Both the position numbers and the translations under genes were made by a program. This document shows, in pieces, positions 1 through 8,860 of a stretch of DNA of 34,921 nt. Within the stretch, counting starts at the first letter, position 1, and every line of letters begins with the position of its first letter. The notes beneath the pieces were generated by a model. The model was not told where the DNA came from. It did not search any database and worked only from the letters and a program-made list of their open reading frames with translations. The DNA comes from Candidatus Latescibacterota bacterium (lineage in GTDB: Bacteria > Latescibacterota > UBA2968): contig JAYODI010000066.1 of assembly GCA_038279365.1 (NCBI GenBank), positions 1 to 34,921 of the forward strand, written 5' to 3'.

Positions 1-59
1 CACACGATGTTTGCCCTCTTTTTTGTTACAGATCATTTAAGTGGTTTATTATGGAAGTA

Positions 60-293
60 TTATACTTCTTTGAGTTGGCCACTTAAATATTTATGGATGA
101 CACTGGATATTAAGGTTTGATAGGGCCTGCCTTCTTTTCGAGCCTTGATTTGAATACCTCTAAAATCTTTTTCGCTTACACGAAAGTTGATTCGATGGGA
201 TTTTGCAAAGGTTTGTTTTGCTGCCTCTTTGTATTTGTCTAAATCATCGTTTGTTGAAACCCATTCACCATGCTTATCAACTATAGGTGTCAC
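60..293 (-). CDS. CopG/BrnA-like ribbon-helix-helix antitoxin, possibly N-terminally truncated
   Basis: GEW motif, then RINFRVSEKDFRGIQIKARKEGRPYQTLISSVIHKY, matching the RHH antitoxin pattern (I.R..........A...G.PYQTL). No toxin gene directly upstream. Confidence 0.7.
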   Translation of the reverse strand: MTPIVDKHGEWVSTNDDLDKYKEAAKQTFAKSHRINFRVSEKDFRGIQIKARKEGRPYQTLISSVIHKYLSGQLKEV

Positions 294-332
294 GATTAAT
301 TTTTTACACCTATGGTTGCGTGAATGATGCTA

Positions 333-1415
333 TCATTCTTGATAAATATGTCGGTTTAGCTCGGATGTATTTAGCGATGGACTTGATGGTTGGTTGGTAT
401 CTAACTTTCCCACAGCACTCATCACGGTGTTTTCACTGCCACTTGATTTTGCGCCGACATATATGAGATGGTAGGTGCCATTGATGTTGATGATAGAGGG
501 TGAGGCCAATTCTTCGGCGTCATCTGCTTCTGGGTTTCCAATAGCGAGAAGTTTTTGGCTTTGGCGTGTGAGGGTGCGACCGTCTTCAGAGAGGTATATT
601 TCGTAGAGTTCGCTGATGCGTGCAGCCCCTCCTGATGCGCGATTGCCACCGGCACAGATGGCGACGTATTCACCATTGCCGAGTTTGGTGACCGAGTTGG
701 GATCAAATTCGTGCCAGATGAGCATGCGATTTTCTTCTACGGTGTAGCCTTCAAGGGGTGTGAAGATGGCCAAACGTTTCCATTGAATGGCATTATCAGA
801 AACCCAAATGGCGGAGTGATAATCGTTTCCGCCCCCGTGCAGAGAATAGCCCACATATTTTTGTGCGATGCCGGGAAATGGATTGGGTGCCCAGCGGAAG
901 TAACCTGTGTGACCATCGCCGACATCTGTTTGTGTGTTATAAGATAGGATGACCGAATCGTTTTCGCCGTTGATCCGCTCAAAATGCACACCGTCTTGGG
1001 AAGTTGCCAAGAGGGTTTTTTGGGTGCGGTCAATGCCGTTTTTGTGATAGGTCATATAAACGGTGCCGTCTATGACATTGGCATGGGGTGTTTCGGTGTG
1101 GCCATTGCCTTGGACGGGGTCGGTAAATATGGGATTGGCTGTGGGTTTATTGGTTAAGTGATCAAAAGCCCCCTTGGCAACGGCTTGGTCATACGATATC
1201 CAATTGGCCGCTTCTGAAGGAAGCCCGTTGCAGACATACAGCCAAATACCGCCTGCTTCTTTGTGGTGATCTGTTGAGAAATAGAGTGCATAATCAAAGG
1301 GAAAAGCTTCAATATCTTTCATATCGACCAGAGTGGTATAGTAGGGGCCTGGTTGTGGCATGTTTTCTGGGCGTGAAATGAGGCTTTCTTTTTTTGTAAT
1401 TTTAAAGTTGGTCAT
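333..1415 (-). CDS. Probable five-bladed beta-propeller glycoside hydrolase-like protein
   Basis: Blade-like segments (YALYFSTDH, HTETPH, LLATSQDGVHFER, WVSDNAIQW, YLSEDGRT, ASPSIININGTYHLIYVG). Start moved to ATG 1415 (MTNFK), which avoids overlap with pyrE and has AAGAGAG upstream. Confidence 0.6.
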   Translation of the reverse strand: MTNFKITKKESLISRPENMPQPGPYYTTLVDMKDIEAFPFDYALYFSTDHHKEAGGIWLYVCNGLPSEAANWISYDQAVAKGAFDHLTNKPTANPIFTDPVQGNGHTETPHANVIDGTVYMTYHKNGIDRTQKTLLATSQDGVHFERINGENDSVILSYNTQTDVGDGHTGYFRWAPNPFPGIAQKYVGYSLHGGGNDYHSAIWVSDNAIQWKRLAIFTPLEGYTVEENRMLIWHEFDPNSVTKLGNGEYVAICAGGNRASGGAARISELYEIYLSEDGRTLTRQSQKLLAIGNPEADDAEELASPSIININGTYHLIYVGAKSSGSENTVMSAVGKLDTNQPSSPSLNTSELNRHIYQE

Positions 1416-1452
1416 CGTATGTTTAACTCTCTTTGGGTTAATTTGAATCGCG

Positions 1453-2127
1453 TTACTCTTTGATACCATATTCGGCTAAGTAGGCTTCAATTTGTTTTTG
1501 GATTTCTTTTGTCATGGGAATTTGGCCATCAATTTCTCGGCCAGGCAAATATTCCAAAATGTCGTGAATGGTGATGATGGCGCGAATTTCAACACCCGTA
1601 GAATTTGAAAGCGCCGTAATGGCGTTGCCGCCTTCGGCATTTTTTTCTTTGCGATCTACAGAAATGATGAGCCCTGTAACGCGGGCATTGAGGGCTTCTT
1701 GGAGACGGTTGATGGTTTCTACTTTGGTTGCGCCATCGGTTACCACATCGTCTACGAGTAGGATGTTGTCATCGGAATCGGGTATGCGTCCAACAAGCCA
1801 GCCGCCTTCACCGTGATCTTTGACTTCTTTGCGATCAAAGCTAAAGGGGATATCGATATTAAAGTGGTTTTTAAAAGCAATAGCTGTAGCAAGGCAAAGT
1901 GGTATGCCTTTGTAAGCTGGGCCGAAGATGAGTGTGGGCTCTGTTTTGAGCTCGCGTGCGGCGCTGGCATAAAAGTAACCCAAGCGTTCGGCACTGCTGC
2001 CCGTGTCAAATTTGCCAGAATTGAAGAAATAGGGTGATTTGCGGCCACTTTTGAGCGTAAACTCGCCAAATCGAAGGGCTTGGGTGCGTACGAGAAATTC
2101 GATGAATTCTTTTTGGTAATCTTGCAT
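1453..2127 (-). CDS. pyrE: Orotate phosphoribosyltransferase
   Basis: FGEFTLKSGRKSPYFFN, FGPAYKGIP, DRKEVKDHGEGG and PRPP-binding LLVDDVVTDG. AGGAG RBS precedes ATG 2127. Confidence 0.96.
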   Translation of the reverse strand: MQDYQKEFIEFLVRTQALRFGEFTLKSGRKSPYFFNSGKFDTGSSAERLGYFYASAARELKTEPTLIFGPAYKGIPLCLATAIAFKNHFNIDIPFSFDRKEVKDHGEGGWLVGRIPDSDDNILLVDDVVTDGATKVETINRLQEALNARVTGLIISVDRKEKNAEGGNAITALSNSTGVEIRAIITIHDILEYLPGREIDGQIPMTKEIQKQIEAYLAEYGIKE

Positions 2128-2366
2128 GGTGCCACTCCTATTCATAATAAAGATCTAATGGCGGTTTTGGTCTGTGTATCAAATAAAAAAGATGGGATCT
2201 ACAAAGATGTTTCAAATGTGCTTATTTTATATTTGTCACTTATGGGTTGGATTTTGTTTTTTGCCTGATGCACGTGTGTAAGTGCCACTCCTTTTTAAGG
2301 CATCGGAATGTGCTTGACGGTGGTGGTTGTATGGGCGATTATAGCGTAAACAAATAAAGAAAGGGT

Positions 2367-2816
2367 TTGGGTGTGCATATTCGAGTTTGGCGCTTTGCTT
2401 TGGTTGGTTGGTTGGTGCTCATTTTTTTGTTTTCGAGTGATTTGTTTTCGGCAGAACACACCGAACAGGTTTTGATTTATGGTTTTTTAAATGTGTTTGT
2501 GCGTAAGTGTGCGCATATGATCGAGTATGCGATTTTGATGTATTTGTGGTTTCGGTCGTTATATACGGTGCGCGAACGGTTTTATCGCACGGTGATTGTC
2601 AGTGTGGTGTTGTCTGTTTTGTATGCCGCATCTGATGAGTGGCACCAAAGCTTTATCCCGAGTCGCGATGGCACAATTACGGATGTGGGATGGGATGCAA
2701 CGGGTGCCATTTTGATGGGTATCTTTTTATGGTATGTCTATGTGCGTGGCCGTGTAGAAACCAAATATAAAGTATTGGGGCCTGTTGTTGAGGGGGAAAA
2801 AGTATATAATACATGA
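2367..2816 (+). CDS. VanZ-like family membrane protein
   Basis: RKCAHMIEYAIL and YAASDEWHQSFIPSRDGTITDVGWD signature; several TM segments. Confidence 0.88.
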   Translation: MGVHIRVWRFALVGWLVLIFLFSSDLFSAEHTEQVLIYGFLNVFVRKCAHMIEYAILMYLWFRSLYTVRERFYRTVIVSVVLSVLYAASDEWHQSFIPSRDGTITDVGWDATGAILMGIFLWYVYVRGRVETKYKVLGPVVEGEKVYNT

Positions 2817-2880
2817 GATGTGTGGTGAAATCAATCTTTATTGGTGATGTGTTTCTGTGGGTTTGGATATGGAAAACAAA

Positions 2881-5298
2881 ATGAATCGTCGCATATTTTT
2901 AAAAACAACAGGTGCGGTGGGGCTGGGTATGGGATGGCCTGGGGGTATGCTTGAATGCAAGGAGCTTGATATGGCATTTTTAACAGAGAAGTCATCGGAT
3001 CGCATGTTGTTTCCACGCCCATTGGATGGTATTGATGTGCATATTACCCCACCTGGTTTGGCCTGGTTGCCTGCGGAAGGGGCTGCCAACTATCGGGTGG
3101 AAGTGCATACTGTGGGTGGAAAAAAAGTCTACGAGAAAGCAGTAGGTGCTGACCCTGTGCATTTGCCCGATCAGGTGTTTGAACCGGGTGATTATGTGTG
3201 GGATGTGGTGGCTTTGGATGACAAGGGAAATGAGGCAGGGCGACGTGGCAAGTTGCGGTTTTCGATTCCGAAAGGGGTTGCCGAATTGCCGTGGGTCGAT
3301 CCTGAAGATTTGTTGGCTCGGGTGCCCAAAGAACATGCGCGATTGTTGTATCCACGGGCTGATTTGGATGCGGTTCGAAAAACTTTAGAAACCACAAGAA
3401 AACGATCTTGGGCGGCCTGTTTGCGTGCGGCAGATCGGGCATTGGATACGGATGCGCCTCAATATCCGACGTATCACTTGACCGAAGACAAACAGGCACA
3501 GCGCCTGGAATATGTGAAATATTTTCAGTATATCAGGGGATATATTGATAGCAAACTCATGCATTTGTCATTGGCGTATTTGATGACGGAAGATGTAAAA
3601 TATGCCGAAGCCGGCAAACGCATTTTGTTGGAGATTGCGTCTTGGCCAACGGATGATGCGGATGTGACGTCGGTGAGTGCCAAATGGGGCGATGAGCCGG
3701 GGTTGAGCTATTCGAAGTGTGCGCATTTTGCGTATGATTGGTTGTATCATGCTTTGGATGAAAATGAAAAGAAATTGGTGTTTAAAATGTGTGAAGATCG
3801 CGCTTGGCAAACCTATCGGCGGTTGGTGAGACAGACATATTTGACCACACCGGGTGATTCTCACAATGGGCGAATGATTGCCTATTTGTCGGATATGGCC
3901 ATTGCGATGGCGGGTGAATCGGATGGGGCAAAGACGTGGTTGGATTTTTCGCTTAAGGCTTTGACGACCATTTACCCCCATTGGGCAGGTTATGAAGGGG
4001 GATGGGCAGAAGGTGCGCCTTATGGTTTGTGGTATAATGGGTTTTACATTCCAGCATTTGAAGCCTTAAAACAGACCACAGGGTTTGATTTGTGGCAACG
4101 ACCGTTTTTTAATAATGTGCGTCATTTCTTTTTTTATTGCACATCTGTGCGAGGTGAGATTCGCCCATTTGGTGACAGTGCCGAAAAAGGTGGACCCGGC
4201 GAAAAGGGCGGCAGTGGATATGCCGATTTGATGTGGCATCACGCCCATCGCTTTAATGACCCCTATGTGGGCTGGTGGGTGAATCAAATTCAGGGATGGA
4301 GTGGTGGTGGTGGGCGCACCTCTCTCTTGTTTGATGATGATGTGCCCAGCAAGGCACCCGTGGACATTCCACAATCGCGGGCATTTCGTGGGGTTGGGTG
4401 GGCGGGTTTGCACGGCAATTTGGCCGATGTGGACAACGATACCTTTTTCTTGTTTAAAAGCAGTCCTTATGGCAGTGTGTCGCACAGCCACGCCGATCAA
4501 AATTGTTTTGCCATTATGAAGGGGGGCAAGGCATTGGCGATTCCATCGGGGTATTATGGGCCGTCTTATGGCATGGCGCACCATGCGGAGTGGACGCGCT
4601 CGACAAAGGCAAACAATGGGATATTGGTCAATGGCGAAGGGCAGGAGATTCGCAGTGCCAGGGCCAATGGTCGTCTGGTGAACTTTGAGGAACGCAAGGG
4701 ATTGTCGTATGTGTGTGGTGATGCCAAGGCGGCTTATGTGGGCAAGTTGAACCATTTTGATCGCCACGTTTTGTTTTTGCGACCGGGGCTGATTTTGATG
4801 TTGGATGATTTGGTGGCCCCTGAGGTGTCACACTTTCAGTGGATGTTGCACGCATTTGATGAGATGGAATTGGGTGAGGGGCAGGTCATTTCACGGCGTG
4901 CAGATAAAACTTTGGATGTTCGATTGTCGAGCCCACATGGTTTGAAACTGAGTCAAACGGATGAGTTTGATACACCGTTTAATGCCGGTATTCCAGAGTC
5001 TTTTCACAAAGAGATGCCAAACCATTGGCATGTGACGGCAGAGACGCAGAAGAAGGCTGAGGCCACACGTATTGGTGCGGTATTGGGTGTGTTTGACCAA
5101 GTGGAGTCGTTTGAGATTGAGGAGCTTGACCACGATGGGTGGTTTGGCGCAAAAGCAATGGGTGATTTTGGGGTGGTGGAAGGATGGGTGCAATTGGTAG
5201 ACGGTGCAGGTGGGCCAGATGGTTTTGGCGATTTGGTGAGGGGCGGTTCTGTGAAGGTTTGTGGTCGCGCATCTGATGGGGATGTGTTTGTTATTTAG
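2881..5298 (+). CDS. DUF4962 + heparinase II/III-like polysaccharide lyase with twin-arginine-like N-terminus
   Basis: MNRRIFLK Tat motif; VPKEHARLL (HPRL-like), DSHNGR, GGWAEGAPYGLWY, FKSSPYGSVSHSHADQN, ANNGILVNGEGQ. Start could also be 2857, 2869 or 2971. Confidence 0.85.
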   Translation: MNRRIFLKTTGAVGLGMGWPGGMLECKELDMAFLTEKSSDRMLFPRPLDGIDVHITPPGLAWLPAEGAANYRVEVHTVGGKKVYEKAVGADPVHLPDQVFEPGDYVWDVVALDDKGNEAGRRGKLRFSIPKGVAELPWVDPEDLLARVPKEHARLLYPRADLDAVRKTLETTRKRSWAACLRAADRALDTDAPQYPTYHLTEDKQAQRLEYVKYFQYIRGYIDSKLMHLSLAYLMTEDVKYAEAGKRILLEIASWPTDDADVTSVSAKWGDEPGLSYSKCAHFAYDWLYHALDENEKKLVFKMCEDRAWQTYRRLVRQTYLTTPGDSHNGRMIAYLSDMAIAMAGESDGAKTWLDFSLKALTTIYPHWAGYEGGWAEGAPYGLWYNGFYIPAFEALKQTTGFDLWQRPFFNNVRHFFFYCTSVRGEIRPFGDSAEKGGPGEKGGSGYADLMWHHAHRFNDPYVGWWVNQIQGWSGGGGRTSLLFDDDVPSKAPVDIPQSRAFRGVGWAGLHGNLADVDNDTFFLFKSSPYGSVSHSHADQNCFAIMKGGKALAIPSGYYGPSYGMAHHAEWTRSTKANNGILVNGEGQEIRSARANGRLVNFEERKGLSYVCGDAKAAYVGKLNHFDRHVLFLRPGLILMLDDLVAPEVSHFQWMLHAFDEMELGEGQVISRRADKTLDVRLSSPHGLKLSQTDEFDTPFNAGIPESFHKEMPNHWHVTAETQKKAEATRIGAVLGVFDQVESFEIEELDHDGWFGAKAMGDFGVVEGWVQLVDGAGGPDGFGDLVRGGSVKVCGRASDGDVFVI

Positions 5299-5333
5299 TG
5301 TCTTTTTTGTGAAGTGGATTTTTTGGTCATTTT

Positions 5334-6938
5334 ATGGATGATTCGATTGTTTGGTCTACACAATCTGAAAGCCAATTTTTTGAGCGTAAATCTGCTTGGT
5401 CACGAAGTGGTGGGCGTGAAAGCCCGCGCCAAATTGCCGCTGTTGTGGCCGATATTTTAGATGCCTTATCGGCTATGGCCAATGCCGATGGGGGTGAGTT
5501 GGTGGTGGGCATTGAAGATGATGGTTTGGCTACGGGTGTGCCCCATTCTTTGGCTCAAATTCAAGAAATGCTCGTGGCCCCATGTGAGCTGCGTTTTGTG
5601 GTGCCTGCTTTGGATGTGGATGTACAAACGGTTGATTTGACCGATGGCGAACGGTTGCTTCATTTTGCCATATCGCCAGCGTATCATGTACACCGCTTGA
5701 TGGATGGACGGTGTTTGTTGCGCATTCGCGATGCCAATGTGCCGTTGTCGAACCGTCAGATTCCGGGTTTGGAAAAAACGATGCAACAGCGGCATGTGGA
5801 ACGGCGTGTGATGGATGGGGCGCGTTTGAGTGATTTGGATTTTGCATTGGTGTCTCATTTTTTTGGGGATGGCAATTTGGAGGATCGGTTGTATGGATTG
5901 GGTTTGATTGTTACAAAAGACGGTGCGTGGATCCCTTGTTTGGCGGCATTGCTTTTGTTTGGGAAAAAGCCCATCCGTTGGCATGCCCATTGTGGTATTG
6001 TATTTAAAAAATGGGGGCAAGAGGAAGAGCCTATTTTGACACATACTTTTGAGGGACCATTGGCCACATTGTCTCAAAATGTTTTTGAATATATCAAGCC
6101 TCATATTCCTTGTCGAGATCGTTTTCCTTTTGGTTCTGTGCCTGTTTATCCTGATTTGGTATGGCAGGAGGCCATTGTAAACGCTATTTTGCACCGCGAC
6201 TATGCCATTGAAGACCGTGCCATAGAAATTCATTTGTTTGAAGACCGTCTGGAAATTTGTAGCCCAGGTTTGCCACCGCGCCCCATTACAGCCAATCGAC
6301 TCAATCGGGCACGTGGGTTTCATTTGTCGCGCAACCCTATTTTGTTTCGGACATGGGGTTTGATTACGCAGCGGAAAGAAATTGGCGAGGGGACGGCATT
6401 TATTCGGCGTGCGATGGCGCGTGAGGGGTTGGCGGCTCCGGTATTTGATCGGTGTGATGGGCGAGTGTTGCGTTTAACACTTTATGATCGTTCGATTTAT
6501 AATGAGATGTTGTTGGCTTGGTTGGCTCGGTTTGCGCATTTTCATTTGACGGATGCACAGCAACGAGTGTTGGCTTATGGGCGGTTGCATGGCTATCGCT
6601 TTACATTGGGGCATTTTGCGAAGCTGACAGAGATGAGTCTTTATGCGGCTTCTGAGGCAGTAGATGATTTGGTGCGCAAAGGGGTTGTGCGTGTTTTGAA
6701 AAAAGGCAGTGATTTTTATCGCATTTTAGAACCTTTGTATGTGGCGTCGGATGTGCCCAGTTTTTTGATGCCACGCTTAAAAAATAAAGGTTGGTTGGCC
6801 AACCGTCATGTGCGCCGTGGTTTGGGTGTGCGCCGTCAGACGGCTCGTAAGTTGTTGCGTTATTGGTGTGCAGAAAAATGGGTAATCAAAAAGGGGAGAA
6901 GTGCACAAACGGTTTATGTGCCGGGTGAGCGGTTTTAG
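5334..6938 (+). CDS. AlbA_2 (Schlafen-like) + HATPase_c_4 + C-terminal winged-helix protein
   Basis: ESQFFERKS, SAMANADGGELVVGIEDDG (AlbA_2); YPDLVWQEAIVNAILHRDY...EDRLEICSPG...SRNP...GEGT (HATPase_c_4); two wHTH-like segments at the C-terminus. Confidence 0.88.
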   Translation: MDDSIVWSTQSESQFFERKSAWSRSGGRESPRQIAAVVADILDALSAMANADGGELVVGIEDDGLATGVPHSLAQIQEMLVAPCELRFVVPALDVDVQTVDLTDGERLLHFAISPAYHVHRLMDGRCLLRIRDANVPLSNRQIPGLEKTMQQRHVERRVMDGARLSDLDFALVSHFFGDGNLEDRLYGLGLIVTKDGAWIPCLAALLLFGKKPIRWHAHCGIVFKKWGQEEEPILTHTFEGPLATLSQNVFEYIKPHIPCRDRFPFGSVPVYPDLVWQEAIVNAILHRDYAIEDRAIEIHLFEDRLEICSPGLPPRPITANRLNRARGFHLSRNPILFRTWGLITQRKEIGEGTAFIRRAMAREGLAAPVFDRCDGRVLRLTLYDRSIYNEMLLAWLARFAHFHLTDAQQRVLAYGRLHGYRFTLGHFAKLTEMSLYAASEAVDDLVRKGVVRVLKKGSDFYRILEPLYVASDVPSFLMPRLKNKGWLANRHVRRGLGVRRQTARKLLRYWCAEKWVIKKGRSAQTVYVPGERF

Positions 6939-6980
6939 AAAAAATCATGATCCAAAATATGGTGTTTGAAAGGTGAGGCG

Positions 6981-8309
6981 ATGGCAAAAAAATCGGGTAA
7001 AGTCGAACGGCCAAATGTATTGATTATGTTGGCTGATGATATGGGATGGGGGGATGTATCTTATCATGGGTCGGTAATTCGCACGCCGAATATTGATCGG
7101 TTGGTTGAAACAGGCATTGAGTTGGACCAGCATTATGTGTGCCCGATGTGTACGCCGACGCGCACCTGTTTGATGACGGGGCGGCACCCTGGGCGATTTG
7201 GACGGCATGCAACAACACCGTCAAACCCACCGGTATTGCCCGATGGGTATGAGACAATTGCAACGTCGTTTCGCAATGCGGGATATGCAACGGGTTTGTT
7301 TGGCAAATGGCATTTGGGTTCGGATCCAAAGTTTTGTCCGAACAATTATGGGTTTGATATGTCGTATGGCAGTTTGGCTGGGGGGGTTGACCCCTATAGT
7401 CACCGATACAAATCGGGGCCGTTTAGTGTGACGTGGCATCGCAATGGGGAGTTGGTGGAAGAGCGTGGGCATGTGACCGATTTGATTGCTCATGAAGCGG
7501 TGCAGTGGATTGAAGCGCAAACAGAACCTTGGTTTTGTTATGTGCCGTTTACGGCGGTACACACACCTATTAAAGCGCCACAGGGGTGGATTGATCGGTA
7601 TGCAGATCGGCGATACGATTTGGACCCTGCAAAAGATCGTTCGTTTAAGACGTATGCGGCGTATGCCAGTCATATGGATTGGGCTGTGGGACAATTGATG
7701 GAGACGTTGGCACGCAAGTGTGAACGACAAAATACGATTGTGATTTTTACGTCGGACAATGGGGCGATTCCGAATGATCCTTTGCACGATACGGATAAGT
7801 ATCCTGGGTGGCAGGAGGAGATGCCGAGGCTGGGGAGCAATTTGCCGTTGCGTGGGAAGAAGTCGCAGTTGTATGAGGGTGGGATTCGCACGCCATCGGT
7901 GATTAACTGGCAGTCGCATTTGCAACCTGGGAAGATGTTGCATCCGATTCATATGACAGATTGGATGCCGACGTTGACGGGGTTGATTGGTTATACTCCT
8001 GCATCTGACCCGCAGTGGGATGGGATGGATATTTGGCCCTTGTTGACGGGGGATGTGATGGTGCCAGAGGAGCGGTCGCTTTTTTGGAATTTTAAGGGGT
8101 CGTCGTTTGGGTTGCGGGCGGGGGATTGGAAGTTGATTTATGAAGATGGGCAAGCGGCTGAGGAGACGGAGTTGTTTCATATTGGGAGAGATCCTTATGA
8201 GACGCGGAATTTGGTGGGGGAGCATTTGGGGCGGGTGGAGGAGATGATTGGGGAGATTGGGGAGTGGCGGAAGTTGGATGATTCTTCTAAGCGGGGGGAT
8301 GTGGCGTGA
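6981..8309 (+). CDS. Cys-type arylsulfatase (S1 family), no signal peptide
   Basis: RPNVLIMLADDMG, CTPTR formylglycine motif, GKWHLG, FTSDNG, LYEGGIRTP. GGTGAGG RBS before ATG 6981. Confidence 0.93.
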   Translation: MAKKSGKVERPNVLIMLADDMGWGDVSYHGSVIRTPNIDRLVETGIELDQHYVCPMCTPTRTCLMTGRHPGRFGRHATTPSNPPVLPDGYETIATSFRNAGYATGLFGKWHLGSDPKFCPNNYGFDMSYGSLAGGVDPYSHRYKSGPFSVTWHRNGELVEERGHVTDLIAHEAVQWIEAQTEPWFCYVPFTAVHTPIKAPQGWIDRYADRRYDLDPAKDRSFKTYAAYASHMDWAVGQLMETLARKCERQNTIVIFTSDNGAIPNDPLHDTDKYPGWQEEMPRLGSNLPLRGKKSQLYEGGIRTPSVINWQSHLQPGKMLHPIHMTDWMPTLTGLIGYTPASDPQWDGMDIWPLLTGDVMVPEERSLFWNFKGSSFGLRAGDWKLIYEDGQAAEETELFHIGRDPYETRNLVGEHLGRVEEMIGEIGEWRKLDDSSKRGDVA

Positions 8310-8311
8310 GG

Positions 8312-8506
8312 TTTGCCTTCGGCACGACTTACTTTTTTTCTACAGCCAAAAAAAGTAAGCAAAAAAGGCCGTCCCTCAAGTGCCGGGAGGGCTGATTTTC
8401 CGCAAATACTCTTAGGGGATGCACAAGATAATTTAGCCTGATACCGTAGTGCTTTTTAAAGTATGAATAGCTGTACGGAATGGCGCGGAAAATCATGATC
8501 GGTTGG
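8312..8506 (+). repeat. Structured intergenic repeat, copy A (~195 bp)
   Basis: Colinear with 12885-13070. Hairpin CTTACTTTTTTT/AAAAAAAGTAAG (8328-8359); long-range pair TGATTTTCCGC (8393-8403) with GCGGAAAATCA (8485-8495). Confidence 0.88.
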
Positions 8507-8748
8507 CTGATGGTTGTGGGTTTTGGGATGGGGTGATTTGAGGAGTGGTTGTATGATAAATAAAGTGGTGGATATTAAGACTTGGATAGGACTCACTGGT
8601 GGGGTGGGCCGTTGTGCAGTTGGTGAGGTGGGTTTGTGTGGGCAGGGTGGCGCGTGGAACGCGAGGTGGGGTGTGGGAACGGCACGGGCAGGTGAGGGTG
8701 GCCTGCGTTTGTAAAAACACTGAAGTACATTTATAAGCATCACGCAGT

Positions 8749-8806
8749 GACGGCTTTCTTTGGATACTTTCTTTAGCTGTTGAAAGAAAGTATCGCGCCG
8801 CAGGCA
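8749..8806 (-). repeat. Inverted partial copy (C) of the same repeat's terminal hairpin module
   Basis: Reverse complement reads TGCCTGCGGCGCGATACTTTCTTT-caacagct-AAAGAAAGTATCCAAAGAAAGCCGTC, the same layout as the start of copy A. Perfect 12 bp stem at 8763-8794. Confidence 0.8.
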
Positions 8807-8860
8807 TAAAAAAGAAAGATATAGAATGGTAGTCCGTACGATTTTTGTTACCACTAAGAA

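Noticed and set aside
5334-6938. RecG helicase
   Set aside because: No SF2 helicase motifs; only the HATPase_c_4 domain often labelled 'RecG C-terminal'.
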